Origin: Betaproteobacteria bacterium
GTDB taxonomy: Bacteria; Pseudomonadota; Gammaproteobacteria; Burkholderiales; JAHFQX01
DNA length: 64,000 bases
Assembly: GCA_023259135.1 (NCBI GenBank)
Contig: JAHFQX010000009.1
Location: forward strand, 2,519-66,518
Direction: 5' to 3'
Under the pieces are notes generated by a model. That model ran no database searches. It saw only the letters and a program-made list of their open reading frames with translations, and was not told the origin of the DNA. Positions 1 through 9,692 of this stretch are shown here, piece by piece (within the stretch, counting starts at the first letter, position 1; each line of letters begins with the position of its first letter). Position numbers and translations under genes: made by a program.

Positions 1-1
1 G

Positions 2-127
2 GCTTATCTGGCCTTGCCTTCGGGCAAGTTCGTCACCGGAGAAGTGATTCCCGTGGATGGCGGACAGCGCATGTGGGGCAGCACCTTCACCATTCCCATT
101 CCCGACTATTACAAGACCGACCCCTGA
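2..127 (+). CDS. SDR-family oxidoreductase, C-terminal 41 codons only (gene begins upstream of window); paralog 1 of 3
   Basis: Frame 2 reads AYLALPSGKFVTGEVIPVDGGQRMWGSTFTIPIPDYYKTDP* and aligns with the C-termini of the two complete SDR paralogs that follow. Confidence 0.75.
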   Translation, partial: AYLALPSGKFVTGEVIPVDGGQRMWGSTFTIPIPDYYKTDP

Positions 128-156
128 CGGCGGGCCGCTTTTTGAAGATCACCGAT

Positions 157-1023
157 ATGAGCGCGGAAGCGCCCCGTTGGGGCTTGAGCGATGAAGAATT
201 AATGCAGGCCGGCACGGTGTACGCGCCGGGCTTATTCGCCGGCAAAACGGTGCTGGTGTCGGGTGCCGGCAGCGGCATTGGCAAGGCCATCGCTTTCCTG
301 TTCGCCCGGCTCGGCGCCCGGCTGGGGATTTGCGCTCGGGATGAGGCGAAGCTCAATGCCGTGGCCGAACAATTGCGGGAATTGGGCAGCCCGGAAGTAT
401 GGGTGAAGCCTATGACCATCCGCGACCCCGAGCAAGTGGCAGGGTTAATGGATGCGGTGTGGGACCGCTTTGGCGCCATCGACGCGCTGGTGAACAACGC
501 CGGCGGACAATTTCCCCAGGCTGCCATCGACTTCACCGCCAAGGGCTGGAACGCGGTGATCGACACCAATTTGAACGGCACCTGGACCATGATGCAAAGC
601 GCCGCCCGCCGTTGGCGCGACAAAGGCCAAGCCGGCAACATCGTCAACATTGTCGCCACTTTCCAGCGGGGCATGCCGGGAGTGGCGCACACTTGCGCGG
701 CGCGGGCGGCGGTGACGTATCTGTCCAAGACGGTGGCGGTGGAATGGGCGCCCCATAATATCCGGGTGAACTGCGTCGCCCCCGGAGCCATCGCCAGCAC
801 CGGCTTCCGCCAATATCCCGCGGAAGCCGTAAAAACTTTCGGCGACGCCAATCCCATGAAGCGGGTGGGGACCACCCATGACATCGCCGAAGCGGTGGTC
901 TATCTGGCGGCTCCGTCCGCCAAATTCATTACCGGGGAGCTGCTGACGGTGGACGGCGGCGGGGTGCTGTGGGGCGAGGCCTGGCCGACCGGCAAGCCGG
1001 ATTATTTCAAAGTGGATCAGTAG
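157..1023 (+). CDS. SDR-family oxidoreductase (enoyl-/dienoyl-CoA reductase-like), paralog 2 of 3
   Basis: Motifs GAGSGIGKAIA, NNAG, VNCVAPG. ATG 157 chosen because MSAEAPRWG... matches the N-terminus of the next paralog; the track ORF 73..1023 extends further upstream. Confidence 0.85.
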   Translation: MSAEAPRWGLSDEELMQAGTVYAPGLFAGKTVLVSGAGSGIGKAIAFLFARLGARLGICARDEAKLNAVAEQLRELGSPEVWVKPMTIRDPEQVAGLMDAVWDRFGAIDALVNNAGGQFPQAAIDFTAKGWNAVIDTNLNGTWTMMQSAARRWRDKGQAGNIVNIVATFQRGMPGVAHTCAARAAVTYLSKTVAVEWAPHNIRVNCVAPGAIASTGFRQYPAEAVKTFGDANPMKRVGTTHDIAEAVVYLAAPSAKFITGELLTVDGGGVLWGEAWPTGKPDYFKVDQ

Positions 1024-1062
1024 CTACGGGGATCTTGCCCCGTCTTTTTTGAGGGAGAAATT

Positions 1063-1920
1063 ATGAGCGCAACAGCGCCCCGCTGGGGTTGGACCGATGA
1101 ACAGTTGGCGACAGCTCCGACGGTGTACGCGCCGGAGTTGTTCGCCGGCAAGACCGTGTTGGTTTCCGGGGCCGGCACCGGTATCGGCAAGGGCATCGCC
1201 TTTCTGCTGGCCCGGCTCGGCGCCGATTTGGTGCTGTGCGGCCGGCGCGCCGAATTGCTGGAGCAGACCCGGCAGGGCCTGCAACGCTTCGGCGGCCAAG
1301 TGCTGACCCTGCCCCTCAACATCCGGGAGCCGGAACGGGTGGCCGAGGCCATGGATCGGGTGTGGGAGACTTTCGGCAAGCTGGACGTGCTGGTGAACAA
1401 CGCCGGCGGACAATTTCCCCGGCCCGCCATCGACCTGACCGTGAATGGTTGGAACGCGGTGATCGACACCAACTTGAACGGTACCTGGACCATGATGCAA
1501 AGCGCGGCGCGCCATTGGCGGGATCATGGCCAGAGTGGCAACATCGTCAATATCGTACTGGTGGTGGAGCGGGGTACCCCCGGCGCCGCCCACACGGGGG
1601 CCGCCCGGGCGGGGGTGATCGCCTTGAGCAAGACGGTGGCCGTGGAATGGGCGCCGTTGGGGATCCGGGTGAATTGCATCGCTCCCGGCACCATCGAGAC
1701 CGATGCCTTCCGTTATTACCCGCCCGAGGCCAGCGCCAATTTCCACTTGTCCAATCCCATGAAGCATACCGGGGACGTGCAGGACATCGCCGAGGCCGTG
1801 GCCTATTTGGCGGCTCCCTCCGGCAAATTCATCACTGGCGAAGTGCTGGCGGTCGACGGCGGGCTGCGCATGTGGGGAGAGTGCTGGGTGACCGCCAAGC
1901 CGGATTATTTCAAGGTCTGA
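1063..1920 (+). CDS. SDR-family oxidoreductase (enoyl-/dienoyl-CoA reductase-like), paralog 3 of 3
   Basis: RBS GAGGGAG upstream. Motifs GAGTGIGKGIA, NNAG, VNCIAPG. Clearly homologous along its full length to 157..1023. Confidence 0.88.
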   Translation: MSATAPRWGWTDEQLATAPTVYAPELFAGKTVLVSGAGTGIGKGIAFLLARLGADLVLCGRRAELLEQTRQGLQRFGGQVLTLPLNIREPERVAEAMDRVWETFGKLDVLVNNAGGQFPRPAIDLTVNGWNAVIDTNLNGTWTMMQSAARHWRDHGQSGNIVNIVLVVERGTPGAAHTGAARAGVIALSKTVAVEWAPLGIRVNCIAPGTIETDAFRYYPPEASANFHLSNPMKHTGDVQDIAEAVAYLAAPSGKFITGEVLAVDGGLRMWGECWVTAKPDYFKV

Positions 1921-1945
1921 AATTGAGTTTTCTAAGGAGGAAGCC

Positions 1946-3193
1946 ATGGATGATATCTACATCATCGGCGTTGGCATGACGCCCTTCGGCAAGCATGCCG
2001 CGCTGTCCGTCAAGGATCTGACCCGGCAGGCCGTGGCAGCCGCGCTGCAAGATGCCGGCGCCTTTCGGGAGAATATCGGCGCCGCCTACTTCGGCAACGC
2101 CGGGCAAGGGGCGCTGGAGGGCCAGTTCATGGTGCCGGGGGAAATTGCGCTGCGGGATGCCGGCTTTGAGACCATCCCGGTGATCAACGTGGAGAATGCC
2201 TGTGCCTCGGCCAGCACCGCGCTGCATCAGGCTTGCGCCCATGTGAAAGCCGGGCTGTCGGAAGTGGCGTTGGCGGTGGGGGCGGAAAAGATGTTCGTGG
2301 AGGACCGCGCCAGAATGTTCGGGGTGTTCGATGGCGCCTGGGACGTGCACCGTTGGCGGGCCAACCTGGATGCGCTGTGGAGCCTGGCCGAAGATTTTCC
2401 GCTGCCCCCCGAGGCGCTGGCGGATACCGGCCAGCGCAGCGTGTTCATGGACGTGTACGCCAGCCTGTCCCGCTATCACATGAAATCCTTCGGCAGCACA
2501 CAGCGGCAATTGGCGGCGGTGGCGGCCAAGAATCATTTCCACAGCAGCATGAATCCCCTGTCCCAATACCGCAACACCCTGACGGTCGAGGAGGTGCTCC
2601 AGGCCCGGCTGGTCTCCTGGCCCTTGACCCTGCCCATGTGCGCCCCCATCAGCGACGGCGCCGCCGCCGCCATCGTCTGCCACAAGAGCGCCCTGTCGCG
2701 TTTCGATGCCAAGCGGGCGGTGCGGGTGGCGGCCAGCGTCCTGGCCTCCGGCTCCAACCGCAAGGCCGAGGAGTGGGACAAGCATTTATGCCGCATCGCC
2801 GCCCTCAAGGCCTACCACGAAGCGGCAGTGGGGCCGGAGGATATGTCGGTGGCGGAAGTCCATGACGCCACGGCTTTCGCGGAGATTCTGCAAACCGAGA
2901 ACCTGGGCTTCTGCGCTTTCGGCGAAGGCGGCGTGTTGGCCGAACGGGGCGAGACCAAGCTGGGCGGCCGCATCCCCATCAACGTTTCCGGCGGGCTCGA
3001 ATCCAAGGGCCACCCCATCGGCGCGACCGGCCTGGGGCAAGTGTTCGAGTTGGCGACCCAATTGCGGGGCGAAGCCGGCGAGCGGCAGGTGGTGGGAGCC
3101 CGTTTCGCCATCGCCGAGAATGGCGGCGGGTTTCACGGTTTCGAGGAGGCCGCGGCCTGCATCACCATTCTGGCGGCGCCGGGAAAGGCGTGA
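1946..3193 (+). CDS. Thiolase-fold protein, SCP-x / lipid-transfer type, with catalytic Cys
   Basis: RBS AAGGAGG. Nucleophile motif NVENACASAST. C-terminal NVSGGLESKGHPIGATG. Confidence 0.85.
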   Translation: MDDIYIIGVGMTPFGKHAALSVKDLTRQAVAAALQDAGAFRENIGAAYFGNAGQGALEGQFMVPGEIALRDAGFETIPVINVENACASASTALHQACAHVKAGLSEVALAVGAEKMFVEDRARMFGVFDGAWDVHRWRANLDALWSLAEDFPLPPEALADTGQRSVFMDVYASLSRYHMKSFGSTQRQLAAVAAKNHFHSSMNPLSQYRNTLTVEEVLQARLVSWPLTLPMCAPISDGAAAAIVCHKSALSRFDAKRAVRVAASVLASGSNRKAEEWDKHLCRIAALKAYHEAAVGPEDMSVAEVHDATAFAEILQTENLGFCAFGEGGVLAERGETKLGGRIPINVSGGLESKGHPIGATGLGQVFELATQLRGEAGERQVVGARFAIAENGGGFHGFEEAAACITILAAPGKA

Positions 3194-3196
3194 ACC

Positions 3197-4735
3197 ATGC
3201 GGCTCATCGACTTTTTCGATCGCGGCGCGGCGCTCTACCCGGAGCGAGTGTGCCTGCACGACGGAACCCACGGCATCCGCTATCGGGAGGTCGAGCAGGC
3301 CACTCACCGCATCGGCCGCGGGCTGCTGGCCGGCAGCCTCAAGCCCGGCGCCAAAGCCTCGGTCTACAGCCCCAACGATCCGCGAGCCTTCGAGGCGGTA
3401 CTGGGCATCCTGCGGGCCGGCATCACCTGGCTGCCGCTGAACGCCCGTAATACGGTGGAAGAGAACGGCTACATCCTCAACGCCAACGAGTGCGAGTTCC
3501 TGTTCTACCACAGCTCCTTCGAGACCGAGGTGGAGCGCATTCGTGCGGAGGTGCCGGGCTTGAAGGGGTGGGTGTGCCTGGATCGGCCCACGGCTCAGGG
3601 CCTCGCCCTGGAAGCCTGGATGGCCGAGCACTCCGCCGAGCCCCTGGACATTCCCCAAGCCCCCGATGCGGTGGCGGCGATTCTGTCCACCGGCGGCACT
3701 ACCGGCAAGCCCAAGGGCGTGATGCTCACCCATCTAAATTTCGAGACCATGTCAGCCAGTTTCCTGGCCTGCATGCCCATCGAGGAGCCGCCGGTCTATC
3801 TGGTGGCGGCCCCCATGACCCACGCCGCCGGCGTGACGGCTTTTCCGCTGATGGCTTGCGGGGCCACCAACGTGATTCTGCCCAAGGTGGAGGCCGGCCT
3901 GATCCTGGAGGCCATCGACAGATTCCGGGTGTCCCACTTGTTCCTGCCGCCCACCGTGATCTACATGCTGTTGAGCCACCCCAAGCTCAAGGATTACGAT
4001 TATTCCTCCCTCAAGAATTTTCTCTATGCCGCCGCCCCCATGTCGGTGGACAAGCTCAAGCAGGCGATCGAGGTGTTCGGCCCGGTGATGACCCAGACCT
4101 TCGGTCAGGCCGAATCCCCGATGATCTGCACTTTCTTCGGTCCCCGCGAGCACCTGGGAGTGGATGACCGGCGGCTGGCCTCCTGCGGCCGGCCCACCCC
4201 TTTCACCCAAGTTGCCATCATGGACGACGCCGGCAAGCTGTTGCCCCCCGAGCAACCGGGAGAGATCGTGGTGCGGGGCAACCTGGTGATGAAAGGCTAT
4301 TACAAAAATCCGGAGGCCACCGCCGAGGTCTCCAAGTTCGGCTGGCACCATACCGGCGACGTCGGCTATCGGGACGCCGAGGACTATTTCTACATCGTCG
4401 ACCGCAAGAAAGACATGATCATCAGCGGCGGCTTCAACATCTATCCCAGCGAGATCGAGCAGGTGCTGTGGTCCCACCCGGCGGTGCAGGATTGCGCGGT
4501 GATCGGCGTACCCGACGAAAAATGGGGAGAAGCGGTGAAGGCGATCGTGGAGCCCAAGCCCGGACAAAACCCCACCGAGGCGGAACTCATCGCCTACTGC
4601 AAGGAGCGGCTGGGCGGCATGAAAGCCCCCAAGTCCGTGGAATTTATCGAGCAACTTCCCCGCAGCGCCGTCGGCAAGGTGCTCAAGAAAGAGCTACGCC
4701 TTAAGTACTGGGAGGGGCGCAGCCGGGTCGTCTAA
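3197..4735 (+). CDS. Acyl-CoA synthetase (AMP-forming, fatty-acid-CoA ligase family)
   Basis: AMP-binding motifs LSTGGTTGKPKGVMLTH, TGDVGYRDAEDYFYIVDRKKDMIISGGFNIYP, PRSAVGKVLKKELR. Starts 4 nt after the thiolase stop. Confidence 0.9.
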   Translation: MRLIDFFDRGAALYPERVCLHDGTHGIRYREVEQATHRIGRGLLAGSLKPGAKASVYSPNDPRAFEAVLGILRAGITWLPLNARNTVEENGYILNANECEFLFYHSSFETEVERIRAEVPGLKGWVCLDRPTAQGLALEAWMAEHSAEPLDIPQAPDAVAAILSTGGTTGKPKGVMLTHLNFETMSASFLACMPIEEPPVYLVAAPMTHAAGVTAFPLMACGATNVILPKVEAGLILEAIDRFRVSHLFLPPTVIYMLLSHPKLKDYDYSSLKNFLYAAAPMSVDKLKQAIEVFGPVMTQTFGQAESPMICTFFGPREHLGVDDRRLASCGRPTPFTQVAIMDDAGKLLPPEQPGEIVVRGNLVMKGYYKNPEATAEVSKFGWHHTGDVGYRDAEDYFYIVDRKKDMIISGGFNIYPSEIEQVLWSHPAVQDCAVIGVPDEKWGEAVKAIVEPKPGQNPTEAELIAYCKERLGGMKAPKSVEFIEQLPRSAVGKVLKKELRLKYWEGRSRVV

Positions 4736-5046
4736 CCGCCCCACGGCCCGCTCCGGAATCTGGAAAAGACCAGCAAGGGGGCGGGTTTCCGGACGCTAGC
4801 CGGGGATTGATGGCGCCCATGGGGGAACTGCGTGAAAAACAGTGGGATAATCAGCCTGGACATGCTCATCACGCTTGCAGCGCGTGTGGGGCAAAAGCCC
4901 AGTCTCGTGTTGCAAGCAGCCTAAGAGGGGCGTCCAGAATTTTCACATATATCATGTCTGACCCCCATGGCAGGGCGGGTAGGCGTGGGCCTGCCACCCT
5001 GCGTTAGCGGTGCTGGCTTTTCGCAACCAGCCAAGGAGACAACCTC

Positions 5047-5454
5047 ATGAGCGACACTATCTTTACCCGCTTGCTCAAAGGCGAGCTGCCCTGCGCCAAA
5101 GTCTACGAGGACGAAAGGGTCTTCGCCTTCATGGACGCCGGGCAGGTCAATCCCGGCCACGTCATCGTCGCCACCAAGGCCCCCTACCCGACCCTGATGG
5201 ATGCCAGCGACGAGGACGCCGCCGCGCTGATGACGGCGGCGGCGAGGATAGCCCGAGCCGTTGACGTGGCCTTCACGCCGGAGGGGATCACCATCCTTCA
5301 GGCCAACCGCCCGGCGGCCTTCCAGACCGTCCTCCACCTTCACCTGCACGTCCTGCCCCGGCACAGTGGCGACGGGGTGGACCTCACTTGGCCGCGCAAG
5401 GAGCCGGATATGGCGACGCTCAAGGAGTTGGCGGCGAAGATCCGGGTGGAGTAA
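5047..5454 (+). CDS. HIT (histidine triad) family protein
   Basis: Histidine-triad motif HLHLHVLP. RBS AAGGAGA upstream. Confidence 0.88.
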   Translation: MSDTIFTRLLKGELPCAKVYEDERVFAFMDAGQVNPGHVIVATKAPYPTLMDASDEDAAALMTAAARIARAVDVAFTPEGITILQANRPAAFQTVLHLHLHVLPRHSGDGVDLTWPRKEPDMATLKELAAKIRVE

Positions 5455-5643
5455 GCCCAAAGAACGGGTTTCGACGCGGATCTCGATCAGAACTGCCGAT
5501 GGCGCGGAAAAGCCCAGGTCGGCGAGGGGGTGCCGTCCACCATCGTCAGCACGCCGTTCCGGGGGACCGTGCCGGATAACTCACGGCGCTCGGCGATGCT
5601 CCAGGTCATCGCCATAAGCGGCTCCGGCGGCGGATTGATCGAT

Positions 5644-6150
5644 TTAATGCATGCCGTGGCCCGCGGCCGCGGTGATGTCCCGGACCTCGGCCGAGACTTC
5701 GACGGATTCCGGTTTACCGGATTTGTCCTCGAAGCGCAGGGTCAAGGGCACTTTTTCTCCGGCGGCCAGGGGCCGTTTTAAATCCAGCAGCATGACATGA
5801 TGGCCGCCGGGCGCGAGGGCCACGGCCTTGCCCGCGGGCAGGGAGATTTTCTTGACGGGGCGCATTTTCATGATGCCGCCCTCCATGCGGGTGGCGTGGA
5901 TCTCGGTGGCCCCCGCCACCGGGCTGGTGACGGATAGCAGGACAGCATCCTGCTCGCTGCGCAGTTCCATGTAGGCCCCGGTGATTTTTTGGGCAGGGAC
6001 CGTGCTGCGCACCCAGGGGTTTTTCACTTCCAGCCCCGCCGCCGTGGCTGACAGGGCCGCCCAGCAGAGCGTGACGCCGAGGACGAGCCGCCGGGCGCTT
6101 TGCGGGATGGGGGTTTGCAGTCGTTGTGTCGGTTTCATGATGATGGCCAT
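5644..6150 (-). CDS. Periplasmic copper chaperone PCu(A)C (DUF461 family)
   Basis: Signal peptide, then TGAYMELRS...EIHATRMEGGIMKMRPV, the His/Met copper-ligand pattern of PCu(A)C. Confidence 0.8.
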   Translation of the reverse strand: MAIIMKPTQRLQTPIPQSARRLVLGVTLCWAALSATAAGLEVKNPWVRSTVPAQKITGAYMELRSEQDAVLLSVTSPVAGATEIHATRMEGGIMKMRPVKKISLPAGKAVALAPGGHHVMLLDLKRPLAAGEKVPLTLRFEDKSGKPESVEVSAEVRDITAAAGHGMH

Positions 6151-6195
6151 TGAGGAGTTGAGGAGAAAGTGGGAAATGTTTTGGAGAAGGGCGAG

Positions 6196-7227
6196 TTAAC
6201 TCCATCCTCCAAGATTGTCCAGGCAAATGTGATAAAGCGCCTCGATCCATTCGGGGTTTTCGTTAAGGCAGGGGATATAGCCGAATTCCTTGCCCCCCGC
6301 GGTCATAAAGGTCGCTTTCCCTTCGAGGGCGATCTCTTCCAGGGTTTCCAGGCAATCGCCGGCGAAGCCGGGGCAGACGACATCGACCCGGGCGATGCCT
6401 TGTTCCGCCAATTTCCGCAAGCTGGCGTCGGTATGGGGCGACAGCCAGCGAGCCGCTCCGAAGCGGGATTGATAAGCGATGCGGTACTCGGAAGCCGCTA
6501 GCCCCAGGGCCTGAGCGAGAAGGGCTGCGGTCGTCTCGCATTGCTCCCGGTAAGGGTCGCCGCGCCGTACCGCGGCTTCCGGCAGGCCGTGGAAACTCAT
6601 CACCAGCACCTCGCCCCGGCCGTTTTGTTCCTGGTAGCGTCGTACGCTGGCCGCCAAGGCGGCGATGTAGCGGGGATGGTCGTGGTAGGGGCCGGTGATG
6701 CGCAATCCCGGCAGCCGCCTGCGGCCCGCCAGGGCGTGGAACACCGCATCGCCAGCGCTGCCGGTGGTGCTCCCCGCGTATTGGGGATAAAGGGGCAGCA
6801 CCAGGATATTACGGCGGCCTTCCTGTAGCAGTTTTTCCAAGGTGTCCGCCACCGAAGGAGGGCCATAGCGCATCGCGTAGGCCACCCGAGGCGCGGGCTT
6901 GCCGCGCTCGCCGAGGAGTCCTTGCAACAGCTTGGCTTGGTGCTCGGTATGGACCCGCAGGGGAGAGCCTTCGGTCATCCAGATCTGGGCGTATTTGGTC
7001 GCCGATTTTCTGGAACGCAGCGGCAGCACGATGCCCCGCAGGATCGGTTGCCACAGCAGCGGCGGCAGTTCGACCACCCGGCGGTCGCTGAGGAATTCCC
7101 CGAGATAGCGGCGTACCGCTTTCGGATCGGGCGCTTCCGGGGTGCCCAAGTTGATGAGCAGTATCCCGATGCCGGAGCCGGCCGCAACAGGCTGGGGAGG
7201 CGGAACAGCAGGGGTTGTGGAGTCCAA
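6196..7227 (-). CDS. hemH: Ferrochelatase
   Basis: GILLINLGTPEAPD, LPLYPQYAGSTTGS, SFHGLPE, CPGFAGDCLETLEEI over 343 aa. Confidence 0.93.
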   Translation of the reverse strand: MDSTTPAVPPPQPVAAGSGIGILLINLGTPEAPDPKAVRRYLGEFLSDRRVVELPPLLWQPILRGIVLPLRSRKSATKYAQIWMTEGSPLRVHTEHQAKLLQGLLGERGKPAPRVAYAMRYGPPSVADTLEKLLQEGRRNILVLPLYPQYAGSTTGSAGDAVFHALAGRRRLPGLRITGPYHDHPRYIAALAASVRRYQEQNGRGEVLVMSFHGLPEAAVRRGDPYREQCETTAALLAQALGLAASEYRIAYQSRFGAARWLSPHTDASLRKLAEQGIARVDVVCPGFAGDCLETLEEIALEGKATFMTAGGKEFGYIPCLNENPEWIEALYHICLDNLGGWS

Positions 7228-7256
7228 ATGGAATGGCCGCCGGCGAGCGGCAGAGC

Positions 7257-8291
7257 TTAGCTCTGCTGGTGGGACAGGGCGCTGGAAAGCAGCTTGGCGG
7301 TGATATCGACGATGGGAATGATCCGCTCATAGGCCATGCGGGTGGGGCCCACCACCCCCAAGGTTCCCACTACCTGACCGTTGACTTCGTAGGGTGCGGT
7401 GACCACGCTGCATTCGTCCAGGGGTACGATTCCCGATTCCTCGCCGATGAAGATTTTGACCCCGGCGCCGCGGCTGGCCGTATCCAGCAACTGCACCAGC
7501 CCGGTTCTTTGCTCAAACAATTCAAACAACTCCCGCAAGCGGGCCATGTTGGAGGACAGGTCTTCGATTTTGAGCAGATTACTTTCCCCCGAGAGCACAT
7601 AATCGTCGGCGGATTCCGCCATGGCCTGGCTCCCGGCCTCCATGGCGGCACTCATCAACTGGATCATGCTCTCTTGCAGTTGCCGGAGTTCCCCTTGGAC
7701 TCGTTGCCGGATGTCCTGAAAGGTCAAACCGACGTAATTCTGGTTTAGGAAATTGGCGGCCTGGGTGAGTTCGGAGGAGGAGTAGGCCTTGTCGGTGAGC
7801 AAGATGCGGTTCTGCACGTCGCCTTCGGGGGTGACGATGATGAGCAGCACCCGCTTTGCCGATAGGCTGAAGAATTCGATATGGTGAAAGGCCGCGTCCC
7901 GCCGCCGGGGAGCCACCACGACCCCGGCGAAGCGGGTGAGGTCGGACAGCAGGTGCGAAGTCGCCGCCATCAGTTTCTGGGTGTTCTCGGCGTGGAACTG
8001 CCCTTCCATCTCGTGAATTTCCCGAGAGTTGAGGGGTTTTACGGTGAGCAGGGTATCGACGAAGAAGCGGTAGCCCCGGGGAGTGGGCACGCGGCCAGCG
8101 GAGGTGTGGGGGCTGGCGACGAAGCCTATTTCCTCCAGGTCGGCCATGATATTGCGGATGGTGGCGGGGCTCAGATCCAGGCCGGAGTGCTTGGAAAGGG
8201 ACCGGGAACCTACCGGCTGGCCTTCCGAGATATGCCGCTCCACCAGGGTCTTGAGCAGAACCCGCGCTCTTTCAGTCAGCATGGGGTTCAT
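7257..8291 (-). CDS. hrcA: Heat-inducible transcription repressor HrcA
   Basis: N-terminal w[14 protein letters not shown]...[17 protein letters not shown]...[12 protein letters not shown] 8291 preferred over the TTG at 8300 used by the track. Confidence 0.9.
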   Translation of the reverse strand: MNPMLTERARVLLKTLVERHISEGQPVGSRSLSKHSGLDLSPATIRNIMADLEEIGFVASPHTSAGRVPTPRGYRFFVDTLLTVKPLNSREIHEMEGQFHAENTQKLMAATSHLLSDLTRFAGVVVAPRRRDAAFHHIEFFSLSAKRVLLIIVTPEGDVQNRILLTDKAYSSSELTQAANFLNQNYVGLTFQDIRQRVQGELRQLQESMIQLMSAAMEAGSQAMAESADDYVLSGESNLLKIEDLSSNMARLRELFELFEQRTGLVQLLDTASRGAGVKIFIGEESGIVPLDECSVVTAPYEVNGQVVGTLGVVGPTRMAYERIIPIVDITAKLLSSALSHQQS

Positions 8292-8449
8292 TCTACACAA
8301 AATGCCCGGCCACGCGGGGTTCCAGTCTTTGGCGGCGTGACCCGTTGCTTGGGTTGATTTATGTCAATCTGCGCCGGGCAGTCAGCGACTATGATAAATT
8401 AACATTGTCGCAAAAACCAAGGCACCTAGCGTCATCATGAGGAGATACC

Positions 8450-8896
8450 ATGTTCAAGCATATTTTGATTCCCACCGACGGCTCCGAGCTTTCCGGGATG
8501 GCCGTGAGCAAGGGGGTTGTCTTCGCCAAATCCATCGGCGCCCGCATTACCATCCTCCATGTGATGCCGGAGTTTCACCAGATGCCTTATTACGAAGGCT
8601 CGGCCTTCATCGACGGGGGATTGGAGCAGAAATTCAAGGCCGAAGCCCAGACCCGCGCCGACGGTTATCTCGCGGCGGCCAAAAAGACCGCGGATGCCGC
8701 GGGGGTGGCTTGCGACGGGCTGGCGGTGACCCACGATCAAGCCTATCGGGCCATCATCGAAACGGCCCAGGGGCGGGGTTGTGATCTGGTATTGATGGCC
8801 TCCCACGGCCGGCGCGGCTTGAATGGATTGCTGCTGGGCAGCGAGACCAGCAAGGTGCTGACCCACGCGAAAATTCCCGTGCTGGTATACCGCTAA
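8450..8896 (+). CDS. Universal stress protein (UspA family)
   Basis: MFKHILIPTDGSELS...LMASHGRRGLNGLLLGSETSKVLTHAKIPVLVY. RBS GAGGAG. Confidence 0.88.
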   Translation: MFKHILIPTDGSELSGMAVSKGVVFAKSIGARITILHVMPEFHQMPYYEGSAFIDGGLEQKFKAEAQTRADGYLAAAKKTADAAGVACDGLAVTHDQAYRAIIETAQGRGCDLVLMASHGRRGLNGLLLGSETSKVLTHAKIPVLVYR

Positions 8897-8942
8897 ACCT
8901 TGGGGCGAATAGCCCGAACCCGAAACTCGGGACCCGGAACCG

Positions 8943-9611
8943 TCAAACGTACCGAGTCGGGTCGGGAACACCGGCGGCAACAAAGCCGGCCCGCCGCAAC
9001 CGGCAGGCGTCGCAACGACCGCAAGCCAAGCCCGCGTCGGTGGCTTGGTAACACGACACGGTGGCGGCGAAATCCACTCCCAGTTCATGTCCTTTACGGA
9101 TGATCTCGGCTTTGGAGAGGGTCAGCAGAGGGGCGTGAATCCTGAAACGCCGGCCTTCCACCGCGGCCTTGGTGGCCAGGTTGGCCATGTTCTCGAAAGC
9201 CGCCAGATATTCGGGTCGGCAATCCGGGTAGCCTGAGTAGTCCACGGCATTGGCGCCGATGAAGCTGTCCGCCGCTCCCAGCGCCTCGGCCCAAGCCAGG
9301 GCCAGCGACAATAAAATTGTGTTGCGGGCGGGAACGTAGGTCACCGGGATGCCGTCTGTGGCTTCGGTGGGGACGGCGATGCTCGGGTCGGTGAGGGCCG
9401 AGCCGCCGAAGCCGGCCAGATCCAGGCTGAAGATTCGGTGCTCGGCCACATCCAGGGAGCGGGCCAATTCGGCCGCGGCCCGCAGCTCGGCTCGATGCCG
9501 CTGGCCATAATTAATGGTGAGGGCGTGATTCCGGAAGCCGGCGCCGCGGGCTATCGCCAGGGTCGTGGCGGAATCCAGCCCACCGGATAACAGAACAACC
9601 GCTTTGGCCAT
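8943..9611 (-). CDS. queC: 7-cyano-7-deazaguanine synthase
   Basis: PP-loop [11 protein letters not shown]-terminal Cys cluster CYQ...CGRCDAC. Confidence 0.92.
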   Translation of the reverse strand: MAKAVVLLSGGLDSATTLAIARGAGFRNHALTINYGQRHRAELRAAAELARSLDVAEHRIFSLDLAGFGGSALTDPSIAVPTEATDGIPVTYVPARNTILLSLALAWAEALGAADSFIGANAVDYSGYPDCRPEYLAAFENMANLATKAAVEGRRFRIHAPLLTLSKAEIIRKGHELGVDFAATVSCYQATDAGLACGRCDACRLRRAGFVAAGVPDPTRYV

Positions 9612-9692
9612 CAGCTATCGAGGACCGCCGGAGCGGCCGAAACGGGAAGCAAATCGTTCGGATCGAGCCCGTCGCAGCCTGTCATTCCCCGC

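Noticed and set aside
87-1947. Long minus-strand ORFs (87-884, 1017-1493, 1024-1947) opposite the SDR genes
   Set aside because: They are shadow frames of the SDR paralogs. The sense strand carries Rossmann and catalytic motifs.
8292-8449. CIRCE operator (TTAGCACTC-N9-GAGTGCTAA) near hrcA
   Set aside because: I found no match in the hrcA/usp intergenic region. CIRCE elements are expected upstream of groES/dnaK, which are not in this window.
8897-8965. Imperfect inverted repeat CCCGAACCCGAAACTCGG / CCGAGTCGGGTCGGG as a usp/queC bidirectional terminator
   Set aside because: The arms need bulges to pair. One arm lies inside the queC coding sequence, and there is no U-tract.
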